A stretch of 64,000 bases of DNA from Candidatus Obscuribacteraceae bacterium (GTDB lineage Bacteria; Cyanobacteriota; Vampirovibrionia; Obscuribacterales; Obscuribacteraceae). Within the stretch, counting starts at the first letter, position 1. Every line of letters starts with the position of its first letter. The stretch is from assembly GCA_044226015.1 (NCBI GenBank), contig JBGAHS010000002.1, positions 256,001 through 320,000 on the forward strand, in the 5' to 3' direction. Below, in pieces: positions 40,998 to 49,392 of the stretch. Under the pieces are notes generated by a model. That model saw only the letters and a program-made list of their open reading frames with translations, was not told the DNA's origin and did not search any database. A program made the translations under genes and the position numbers.

Positions 40998-41097
40998 TGC
41001 AGTAACTGAGCACAGCTAAGCTGAGCGATTGGCACGATCAATAATGCAAAATAATCGGGAACAGCAAGTCTTGGAGGCATTCAAGACTTGCGTTTTC

Positions 41098-41895
41098 CTA
41101 AGATGGTAGCAAACGATCTCGTTCTTGCAAAAGTTGTGCCACCATACTAATCGCGATTTCATTGGGGTGATTGCTGCCAATCGGAAGTCCCATGGGGCAG
41201 AAGAAAGACTTGCTTTGCTCTGCGCTGAGACCAGCGTCGATAATGTCCTTACGCAAGCGCACCGCTTTAGCTTCACTACCAATTACACCGAGGTAGGGAA
41301 ACTTTCGAGATTGGAGAATCTTGATTAGAATTGGGCTATCGGTGCTGTGACCCATAGTCATGAGCGCCACAAAAGCACCATCGGGAATTTTCTGAACATA
41401 ATCAACCATATCTGGAACACAGATTGCATTGATAGAGGGACTTTGCGGAAGCTTGTTTAGCCATTCCTCGCGAGAATCAACACAGGTGACTTTGCAATCC
41501 AACTTTAGCAGCAAGTTCAATAGAGCATTAGCAACATGACCAGCTCCAAAAACCATAATATTCCACGAGCTACAATTATGTTTTTCGAAAAAGAGCTTGA
41601 CCATGCCGCCGCAGGTCATACCAACGTCACGTTCAAGGCTCCAATTTACGAAATGCGTCTTGCGTGAAGAGTCATCAGTTTGCAGCAGCTCAACAGCTTC
41701 GTCAATTGCTTTCTTCTCGACCTTGCCACCACCAACGGTTCCGTAAAACAAGCCAGAAGCAGTCACGAGCATTTTAGTACCGACATCATTCGGCACACTA
41801 CCTGTAGTATCAACAACCGTCACCGCAACAAAAGGAGTTTTACGAGACAAGAGCTCGTTCACCTTTTCGTAATAGGCTTGAGTGTCAATGCCCAT
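41098..41895 (-). CDS. xdhC: Xanthine dehydrogenase accessory protein
   Basis: GSVP, GTVGGG, GMTCGG, FGAGHV, YLGVIGS and CPMGL...PNEIAIS motifs. Confidence 0.93.
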   Translation of the reverse strand: MGIDTQAYYEKVNELLSRKTPFVAVTVVDTTGSVPNDVGTKMLVTASGLFYGTVGGGKVEKKAIDEAVELLQTDDSSRKTHFVNWSLERDVGMTCGGMVKLFFEKHNCSSWNIMVFGAGHVANALLNLLLKLDCKVTCVDSREEWLNKLPQSPSINAICVPDMVDYVQKIPDGAFVALMTMGHSTDSPILIKILQSRKFPYLGVIGSEAKAVRLRKDIIDAGLSAEQSKSFFCPMGLPIGSNHPNEIAISMVAQLLQERDRLLPS

Positions 41896-41916
41896 GGCGA
41901 GCTATCCTCTAACTGC

Positions 41917-44268
41917 TCAGGTTCCAGCCACCGCAGCTTTGGACTTTTTCTCATTTAGTGCAGCCAGGCACATTACGACTTCTTCGTTAGTTGCCGGCAA
42001 TTGAAGCCTGGCCAACTCAGCCCCACTTACTGAACCAAGCGCGTATTTTACTGCGCACCAAACAGACAGTCCCAAACAGAGAGGTGGCTCACCAACCGCC
42101 TTAGTTCCAACTACGTTTACCGGATTCTCATGGTCGATCCAATTCACATTGAAAACACGAGGCGTGTCTTGAACATTTGGAATTTTATAAGTAGTTGGAG
42201 AATGGCTCAAAAGAGTACCGTCTGCAGCATAGGTCAAAGATTCTGTTGTAACCCATCCCATGCCCTGAACGAATGCGCCGGTTAGCTGCCCTCTCGCTAT
42301 ACCAGGATTGACGGGCTTACCTATGTCCATAAGGATATCGACACGATCCACCACGATGTCACCAGTAAACTTGTCTATAGTGACCTCAGCGATGGCTGCG
42401 CCTTGTGTGTAATAAAGGAACGGATGACCGGATGCTGTGCCTTCAGGTCCAGCATCCCAACTCCAATCGATGCCTTTTGTCGCGTAGAAACCGCGCTCGC
42501 CAAGGCTAACTCGATTGAGATACGCAAGTTTCACCAACTCCTTAAAAGTCAGCTTGAATGCGGGTCGCCGACGATCAAAAATGTAGCCGCCTTCCCATCT
42601 CACGCTATCAGGCGCCGGAAGAATGTCGGCAACCTTAGTTGCAATATGATGCGCAGCGAGGTCTGTCAGCCCCTTGCGAATTTTCTGGCAAGCATCAACA
42701 GCAGCAGACCCATTGAGGTCTGTAGCACTTGATGCAGCAGTCGCAGAGGTGTTGTTGTTTTTCTCAGTTGATGTTGGCATCACAATAACTTGATCAGCAT
42801 CGATATCGAACTCGCCTGCCACAATCTGCTTGATGTTTGTGTTGACCCCCTGCCCCATTTCGGTTGCGCCAGTCGAAACTTGCACACTGCCGTCAAGGTA
42901 TACATTTACGAGCGCGTTAGCTTGATTCAAATGTTTTGTATTGAAGGAAATACCAAACTTAACGGCCGAGCACGCAATGCCTTTCAAATGCGTGTTTGAC
43001 TTAGCATTGAACTCATCAACAGCCAGCTTTCTTTGCTTGTATTCAGAAGATGTTTCGAGATCAACAAATATCTTCTCCAGATTATTATCGAAAACAATTT
43101 CCCCATAAGGAGTAGTGTTTCGCTCTTCCTTTCCATAAAGATTGCGCTTACGAACCTCCATGGGGTCGAGCTTTAAGTAAGCCGCGATTTCTTCCATGAT
43201 ATTTTCAATTTGTGCAATTCCCTGGGGTCCACCGAAACCACGGAAAGCAGTATTAGGAGGCAAATGAGTTTTGCAGATGGTTCCCGTTATATCGGCGTTG
43301 TCCAAATAATATGCATTGTCCACATGGCACATTGCTCTTGCCATAACGGCAGTGGATAGGTCGAAAAAGGCGCCGCCATCAGAATAGAAGTCGACCTTCA
43401 GACCAGTAATGACACCATCTGCGGTGAATGCGACTTTATAATCATTCTTGAAAGGGTGCCGCTTTCCGGTAACCTGCATGTCTTGATCTTTGTTATAGAC
43501 TATCTTTGCGGGACGACGAGTCTTCAACGCCACAAGAGCTGCCATTGCAGCTGGATGAGTAGCCTGGCTCTCTTTACCACCGAAGCCACCACCCATTCTT
43601 TTTGTGATGCAAACGACCTCATTTATGTTCAAACTAAGCAGATGCGCAATAACTTCTTGCACTTCTGATGGATGCTGCGTTGAAGAATGCACTTCAAGCT
43701 GATTGTATTCCTTCGGTATGACGTATGCCGCCTGAGACTCAAGGTAGAACTGCTCTTGTCCTTTGTTCTCAAAAACACCTTCAATAGTATGAGCTGCATT
43801 TTTGAAAGCTGTTTCTACATCGCCTCGCTTAATTCTGCGAGTGGGTCCTAAAAAGGATTTTTTCGCCCGAGCCTGGTCGATGGTCAATATCAAATCGAGC
43901 TTTTCGTAATCGATCTTTATTGCCTTTTTCGCAGCTTCGATAGCTTTTCGGGTCTCGGCAGCAATCACAACAATCGGCTGTCCCATGAATTCGATTTCCT
44001 CTTCGACAAGAAGAAGCTCATCCTTGATGATAGGACCAAATCTATTGTCGCTGGGTAGGTCTTTATAAGTAAACAAAGCTACCACGCCATCAACTTTTCT
44101 GGCGTCTTCGATGTTTAGCGACTTCAACTTCGCGTGTGAAACAGGCGCATAATAGAAATCTACAAGAAGCTCACCACGGGCTGTCGGAAAATCATCTATG
44201 TAGATGGATTCACCCGAGACGTGCCCCTTAGCTGAATCATGCGGTATATCCTTCCCTACGGCTGACAT
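41917..44268 (-). CDS. xdhB: Xanthine dehydrogenase molybdopterin subunit
   Basis: QEQFYLE, RMGGGFGGKESQ, AFRGFGGPQG, TEMGQG and KAVGEPP motifs. Confidence 0.96.
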   Translation of the reverse strand: MSAVGKDIPHDSAKGHVSGESIYIDDFPTARGELLVDFYYAPVSHAKLKSLNIEDARKVDGVVALFTYKDLPSDNRFGPIIKDELLLVEEEIEFMGQPIVVIAAETRKAIEAAKKAIKIDYEKLDLILTIDQARAKKSFLGPTRRIKRGDVETAFKNAAHTIEGVFENKGQEQFYLESQAAYVIPKEYNQLEVHSSTQHPSEVQEVIAHLLSLNINEVVCITKRMGGGFGGKESQATHPAAMAALVALKTRRPAKIVYNKDQDMQVTGKRHPFKNDYKVAFTADGVITGLKVDFYSDGGAFFDLSTAVMARAMCHVDNAYYLDNADITGTICKTHLPPNTAFRGFGGPQGIAQIENIMEEIAAYLKLDPMEVRKRNLYGKEERNTTPYGEIVFDNNLEKIFVDLETSSEYKQRKLAVDEFNAKSNTHLKGIACSAVKFGISFNTKHLNQANALVNVYLDGSVQVSTGATEMGQGVNTNIKQIVAGEFDIDADQVIVMPTSTEKNNNTSATAASSATDLNGSAAVDACQKIRKGLTDLAAHHIATKVADILPAPDSVRWEGGYIFDRRRPAFKLTFKELVKLAYLNRVSLGERGFYATKGIDWSWDAGPEGTASGHPFLYYTQGAAIAEVTIDKFTGDIVVDRVDILMDIGKPVNPGIARGQLTGAFVQGMGWVTTESLTYAADGTLLSHSPTTYKIPNVQDTPRVFNVNWIDHENPVNVVGTKAVGEPPLCLGLSVWCAVKYALGSVSGAELARLQLPATNEEVVMCLAALNEKKSKAAVAGT

Positions 44269-45710
44269 ACTGCTACCCTCCCCTCTTGCAAATCATAGAA
44301 AAACTTCAACATAAGATTTCGCGCAAGCTGCAAGCGAAATGCCTTAGAGCCACGAACATCATCAATCGGTGTAATTTCGCTGGCAGCCAGTTCCCCAGCC
44401 TCCCGCGCATTCTCGAGAGTGAGTTCTTTGCCTTTCCAGAACTCTTCAGTTTTTGGCAAGCGCAGAATTGTAGCCGCAACGCCACCATATGCAATGGCAA
44501 TGTTTTCCACCACATTTCCCTTCAGGCTTAGCTTGAAAGCTGCCGTGTTTGTCGAAATATCCAGGTGTTTGCGCCGGGACACTTTGTAAAGCTTCACGAT
44601 ATCGCCCTTCTTGGGAAGCTCTAAAGCAACGGAACTGATGAACTCGTCTCGTTCCATATCGAAAATTTTGTAGCCCTTATAGAACTCATTTATTCTCACT
44701 TGCCGGCTTCCGCGGGCGCTGCGAAGCTCAATCACCGCATCCATCACAAACAAGAATGGCGGTGTGTCAGCGATGGGTGAAGCGTTTGCGATGTTACCAG
44801 CGAGAGTTCCGGCATTTCTGATTTGAGGAGAACCAAATACCCACAAAATATTATGAAACTCAGGAACCTTTGCCCTGAAATAATCTTCGAGCTGACTTAA
44901 GGTAACCCTCGCACCAATCGTCACCAGCCCGTTTGTTTCAGAAATCTGGTCTAATCCTCGAAGATTTGAAAAGCTCATCACCGCCTGTGGTGCGTAGCCT
45001 CTCTTATTCATCACAACACAGACATCTGTTCCGCCAGATATGATTACAGCTTCAGGGTGCTCAGCCTTAAACTTGCTGGCGTCCTCTATGCTCGAAGGAA
45101 TGAATGCTGTAAAACCATCATCAGAGCGCAACGTCACACTCTCTTTTAAAGCAGACTGAAATGCCTTAATCATCTCTGCTTCAGGATACTGCTCTTCTAA
45201 TGGAAGCAACTCCTCAGGCTTTACTTCCATGCCCGATTTCAAAATAGGCTCGTAACCAGTACATCTGCAAAGGTTTCCCGTAGTGCAATCCTTCAGTCCC
45301 TGCAAATCTGCTTTGCCATTCACTTTTTTGAGGTCGTCAAAATAACCGCACATCGCCATGATGAAGCCAGGCGTACAAAAACCACACTGTGTGCCATGAC
45401 ATTCTGTCATGCACTTTTGAACTTCATTCAGCTGAGCATTTTGCTTCAAACCTTCAACCGTGATGATGTGGGTCAGGTCCATCTGATGCATGTACTTGAT
45501 GCAAGAGTTCAGCGCTTTGTACTCCAACTTTCCATCTTTCAATTTGCCAACGAGAACCGAGCAAGCACCGCAATCGCCTTCCTCGCAAACAATTTTGGTT
45601 CCAGTAACTCCCATGCGATATCGCAAGAACGAGGATAGCGGCTGAAAAGCTTCGTCTCCCTTAACTTTCCACTCTTTGCCGTTGACGTAAAAATGTAAGT
45701 AGTCTCTCAT
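44256..45710 (-). CDS. xdhA: Xanthine dehydrogenase small subunit (2Fe-2S/FAD)
   Basis: GTKIVCEEGDCGAC, QCGFCTPG, GNLCRCTGY and GNIANASPIAD motifs. Start taken at MRDYLHF after AAGGAAG. Confidence 0.95.
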   Translation of the reverse strand: MRDYLHFYVNGKEWKVKGDEAFQPLSSFLRYRMGVTGTKIVCEEGDCGACSVLVGKLKDGKLEYKALNSCIKYMHQMDLTHIITVEGLKQNAQLNEVQKCMTECHGTQCGFCTPGFIMAMCGYFDDLKKVNGKADLQGLKDCTTGNLCRCTGYEPILKSGMEVKPEELLPLEEQYPEAEMIKAFQSALKESVTLRSDDGFTAFIPSSIEDASKFKAEHPEAVIISGGTDVCVVMNKRGYAPQAVMSFSNLRGLDQISETNGLVTIGARVTLSQLEDYFRAKVPEFHNILWVFGSPQIRNAGTLAGNIANASPIADTPPFLFVMDAVIELRSARGSRQVRINEFYKGYKIFDMERDEFISSVALELPKKGDIVKLYKVSRRKHLDISTNTAAFKLSLKGNVVENIAIAYGGVAATILRLPKTEEFWKGKELTLENAREAGELAASEITPIDDVRGSKAFRLQLARNLMLKFFYDLQEGRVAVCQP

Positions 45711-46186
45711 AAACTTCCTTGATTGAGGCGAGTCAAAGTAGTTAGATCGCCTGAAATGACTATCATAGGGCATTCAATGAGATAAAACACCCATGGCAGC
45801 CCAACTTACTATTCCCCCGTGACCGAGACTCCAAGCGTCTACTATCTAATAACTTAATGGGAATTCCGGAGACTCCTCTCCCCGCAACCAAGCTTCTAGA
45901 AGCCTTTTCGGCATTTACCCCCAAGCCGGGGATGCTCAGAGCCGAAACAAAAGAGGAGAAGTGGCGACTTGCAAGCCTAGCCTGGCAAATCCTCTAGAAT
46001 TGAGCACCGGTTTTGTGAACGTAACTTCAAAAACTCTACGCAATCGCCCGGTGAGAGCAAGCAAAATCGGAAAACGAGATTAGTTTTTCTCTAGAATCGC
46101 TTAGCTGAAGCATTTGAGGCGGGTAGATGGCCAACGAAAGTAATAAAATTAGCCTGCTCTGAAATCACCAGCTTGTGAGGGATTGT

Positions 46187-47734
46187 ATGCACTCTTCGAA
46201 AGTTTTATCACTACTTTCTTCACTGCTAATCGCAGGAATTTCACTCACAGGCTCGGCGCATGCGGCGACAAAGAGTATTCTTGAAATTAAGCCAGCACCG
46301 AAGCACGAAGGCATAGTGTTCGACCAATATTACCTAGCCTGCTTATCTCAAGCATCCTACATGATTGGAGATTTGGAGAGCAAAACTGCTGTACTTGTCG
46401 ACCCAGAACGAAATATCGACAAGTATGTCAAAGACGCTGAGGCTCAGGGTCTTACGATAACCCATGTGATACTCACTCACGTTCACGCTGATTTCATAGC
46501 AGGACATATTGAAAGCGAAAAGCGCCTTAAAACAAAGATTTGCATGGGTTACAAGGCTGAAGCGAAATTCAAGTTTGAGCCGCTCAAAGAAGGAGACGTA
46601 ATCAAAGTTGGTCGCCTGAATTTGAAGGTTCTGGAAACGCCAGGACATACGACAGAATCCATTTCATTGCTGGTTTACGACAGCAAACAAGATGCAGCAA
46701 AGCCCTATGCCGTGTTGACAGGTGATTGCCTCTTCATCGGAGACGTTGGCCGTCCAGATTTGATGGCAACTTTCGGCGTCACTGCAAAAGAATTGGCCGG
46801 TATGGAATATGATTCATTGCATGACAAACTCTTGAAACTGCCTGATGAAACTCTGGTTTACCCAGCCCACGGAGCCGGTTCTCTCTGCGGCAAAAATCTC
46901 AGTGCAGAAACTGTTTCTACCATGGGCGAGCAACGCAAGTCTAATTATGCATTGCAGGACATGAGCAAAGAGAAATTCGTCAGCCTGCTAACGAGCAACC
47001 AACCAAAGCCACCAAAATATTGGGGATTTGAACGAAAGATCAATCTCAATGCACACAAGACGCTCGATGAAGCAATTGCCGAAAATTTAAAGCCTGTAAA
47101 GGCTGAAGCTGCTATTGCCTCGCAAGAGAAGAACAAAACGCAAATTCTCGATGTACGTGAAGCCGATGATTTTGCAAAACACTACCTGAAAGGTTCGGTG
47201 AACATTCCACTGAGCGGACACTATGCATTCTGGGCAGGAAACTTCCTGGACATCGATGCTCCGATTGTGGTTATCGCACCTACTGGCAAAGAGAAGGAAG
47301 CAGTAGTTCGGCTGGGACGCATCGGATTCGATAATGTCACTGGCTATGTTGATGGTGGCATCGATGCATTTTCGACTCATCAGGAATTACTCAATACTAC
47401 AAATCGTCGCTCTGCTAGTGAGTTGGCGAAAAGCATGCAGTCCGAAAAACCGCCACTGGTAGTAGACATTAGAAATGAAATGGAAAGAAAAGAGTCATTC
47501 ATTGAAGGCACCACTCCAATTCCATTGATGAACATTCTTGATGAGAGCAGTAAATTGCCTCACGACAGAGAGATAGTTGTGCAATGTGCAACAGGTTTTC
47601 GCTCTTCGATAGCAGCCAGCTTGCTGCGCAAGAAAGGGTTCGACAAAGTTACTGATCTCAGCGGCGGCATCACGTCATGGAAAGAGAGTAAACTTCCGGT
47701 AAAAGGCTCCACTTCTTGCAAAGCAGTTGATTGA
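46187..47734 (+). CDS. Persulfide dioxygenase-like MBL hydrolase with two rhodanese domains (CstB-like) and a signal peptide
   Basis: THVHADFIAGH, TPGHT, TGDCLFIGDVGRPDL and PAHGAGSLCGK. First rhodanese lacks the Cys; second has QCATGFRS. N-terminus MHSSKVLSLLSSLLIAGISLTGSAHA. Confidence 0.9.
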   Translation: MHSSKVLSLLSSLLIAGISLTGSAHAATKSILEIKPAPKHEGIVFDQYYLACLSQASYMIGDLESKTAVLVDPERNIDKYVKDAEAQGLTITHVILTHVHADFIAGHIESEKRLKTKICMGYKAEAKFKFEPLKEGDVIKVGRLNLKVLETPGHTTESISLLVYDSKQDAAKPYAVLTGDCLFIGDVGRPDLMATFGVTAKELAGMEYDSLHDKLLKLPDETLVYPAHGAGSLCGKNLSAETVSTMGEQRKSNYALQDMSKEKFVSLLTSNQPKPPKYWGFERKINLNAHKTLDEAIAENLKPVKAEAAIASQEKNKTQILDVREADDFAKHYLKGSVNIPLSGHYAFWAGNFLDIDAPIVVIAPTGKEKEAVVRLGRIGFDNVTGYVDGGIDAFSTHQELLNTTNRRSASELAKSMQSEKPPLVVDIRNEMERKESFIEGTTPIPLMNILDESSKLPHDREIVVQCATGFRSSIAASLLRKKGFDKVTDLSGGITSWKESKLPVKGSTSCKAVD

Positions 47735-49005
47735 TGTCTAGCAAAAAAGAGTTCCAGAAAGAACTAGATCGAGTCAAAAGCGAAATACACAGGCGGAATT
47801 TTCTGAAGGCGCTCTTGCTTGGCACTATAGGTGGTGCTGCAACTGCCTGCTCTAAGCTTGGTGAAAACTCTCAAGAGCCACCAATAAACATTCCAGCAGG
47901 CCAGACGGTAGCTCGTTTTCCAGAAAAATCAGAATTAATAGTGCTCACCGACCGCCCTCCACAGCTGGAGACGCCGCTACTATATTTGCGTGAGGACCTC
48001 ACACCAAACGAAGCATTTTTCGTACGCTGGCATTACTCAGGCATACCAACTCAGGTTGATTTGAGAACCTTCAAGCTCAACGTCACAGGGTCTGTAGAAA
48101 CTCCACTTTCGCTGTCAGTAGATGACTTGAAGAAGAACTTCGAAGCGAAATCGATCGTAGCCGTTTTGCAATGCTCAGGCAATTCGCGTCGTTATGTGGA
48201 ACCAAACGTACCCGGTGGTCAATGGCAGAATGGTGCGATGGGTAACGCAAAGTGGACGGGCGTTCCACTGAAAGCATTGCTGGAAAAAGCAGGGCTAAAG
48301 AAAGAAGCAGCAGAAATTGCCCTGGCGGGACTGGACGAGCCACCACTTTCAAACATGCCAAAGTTCGCAAAGTCACTGGCGCTGGAACATGCTCTGAGCG
48401 AAGATGTGCTGGTCGCTTATGCAATGAACGATGCGCCACTACCCATGGTGAATGGATTTCCGCTGAGACTCGTTGTGCCAGGCTATTACGCGACCTACTG
48501 GGTAAAATCGCTGGCTGAAATTTCAGTGCTGCCAACAAAATTTGATGGCTACTGGATGAAAAAGGCGTATCGAATTCCTGACAATGAATATGCAGAAGAA
48601 AAGCCTGACTGCCTGGCAAAGGACACAGTTCCCATTAACAGAATGAATGTCCGGTCGATATTTGTTCGTCCAGACACAAGCGACCTAGTAAGCGCCGGAA
48701 AGGCTTTCGATATCGAAGGCTTGGCGTTTGATGGAGGAGTGGGCATCAGCAAAGTAGAGCTGAGCATTTACTCCGGTGATAATAACCCTGGAAAGTGGGC
48801 TGAGGCAAAAATTCAGCCAAATAGTTTTGGCAAATACTCGTGGGTACGCTGGAAATTCAACTGGCAGCCACCTGGCAAAGGCGATTACACTCTTGCAGTT
48901 CGAGCAAGCAATGCAAAAGGAGAGACCCAAACAGATCTAATTCATTGGAATAAGAGTGGCTATATGCGCAACTCTATAGAGAAGATGAAAGTGACGGTGG
49001 TCTGA
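47731..49005 (+). CDS. Sulfite-oxidase-family molybdoenzyme (SorA-like), Tat lipoprotein
   Basis: HRRNFLK...AATAC signal; FFVRWH, LQCSGNSR (Mo-Cys), NGFPLRLVVPGYY and WN..GY.RN motifs. Confidence 0.9.
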   Translation: MMSSKKEFQKELDRVKSEIHRRNFLKALLLGTIGGAATACSKLGENSQEPPINIPAGQTVARFPEKSELIVLTDRPPQLETPLLYLREDLTPNEAFFVRWHYSGIPTQVDLRTFKLNVTGSVETPLSLSVDDLKKNFEAKSIVAVLQCSGNSRRYVEPNVPGGQWQNGAMGNAKWTGVPLKALLEKAGLKKEAAEIALAGLDEPPLSNMPKFAKSLALEHALSEDVLVAYAMNDAPLPMVNGFPLRLVVPGYYATYWVKSLAEISVLPTKFDGYWMKKAYRIPDNEYAEEKPDCLAKDTVPINRMNVRSIFVRPDTSDLVSAGKAFDIEGLAFDGGVGISKVELSIYSGDNNPGKWAEAKIQPNSFGKYSWVRWKFNWQPPGKGDYTLAVRASNAKGETQTDLIHWNKSGYMRNSIEKMKVTVV

Positions 49006-49379
49006 TGAAAAGCTACATTTTGCTTCTACTCTTGTGCGCATCTTCTCTTCTTGTCTCTTGTTCAAGTACAGAACCGAGCGCAGATTCTCCTGCCCCGGCA
49101 CAAATCTCGAAAACGGCAAAAGGCGAAGAATCGCCAGTGCATAGCATTGAGCTCCCAAAACTGGAAGCAGACTTTCCGCCAGGAGAGGGAAGAGACCTGT
49201 TTATTTCACGATGCACCGTTTGCCATTCACTTCGCTACGTGACCATGCAACCCGACTTTCCTGAAGCAACATGGGTAAAGGAAGTTGATAAAATGCGCAA
49301 GACCTGGGGAGCACACATTACCGAGGACGAGGCAAAAACAATAGTATCGTATTTAGTGACAATCAAAGGCAAGAAATAG
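49005..49379 (+). CDS. SorB-like monoheme cytochrome c lipoprotein
   Basis: LLVSC lipobox, CTVCHS and W.KEV.KM...WGAHI. Confidence 0.88.
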   Translation: MKSYILLLLLCASSLLVSCSSTEPSADSPAPAQISKTAKGEESPVHSIELPKLEADFPPGEGRDLFISRCTVCHSLRYVTMQPDFPEATWVKEVDKMRKTWGAHITEDEAKTIVSYLVTIKGKK

Positions 49380-49392
49380 GGAGATTGCTGAC

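Noticed and set aside
41098..45710. Selenium-dependent xanthine dehydrogenase, given the selenoprotein in the window
   Set aside because: The sequence and xdhABC layout fit the standard sulfido-Moco type; no yqeB/yqeC/selD nearby and no in-frame UGA.
45780..46170. Known Moco or purine riboswitch
   Set aside because: No recognisable consensus by eye; kept only as an unclassified structured region.
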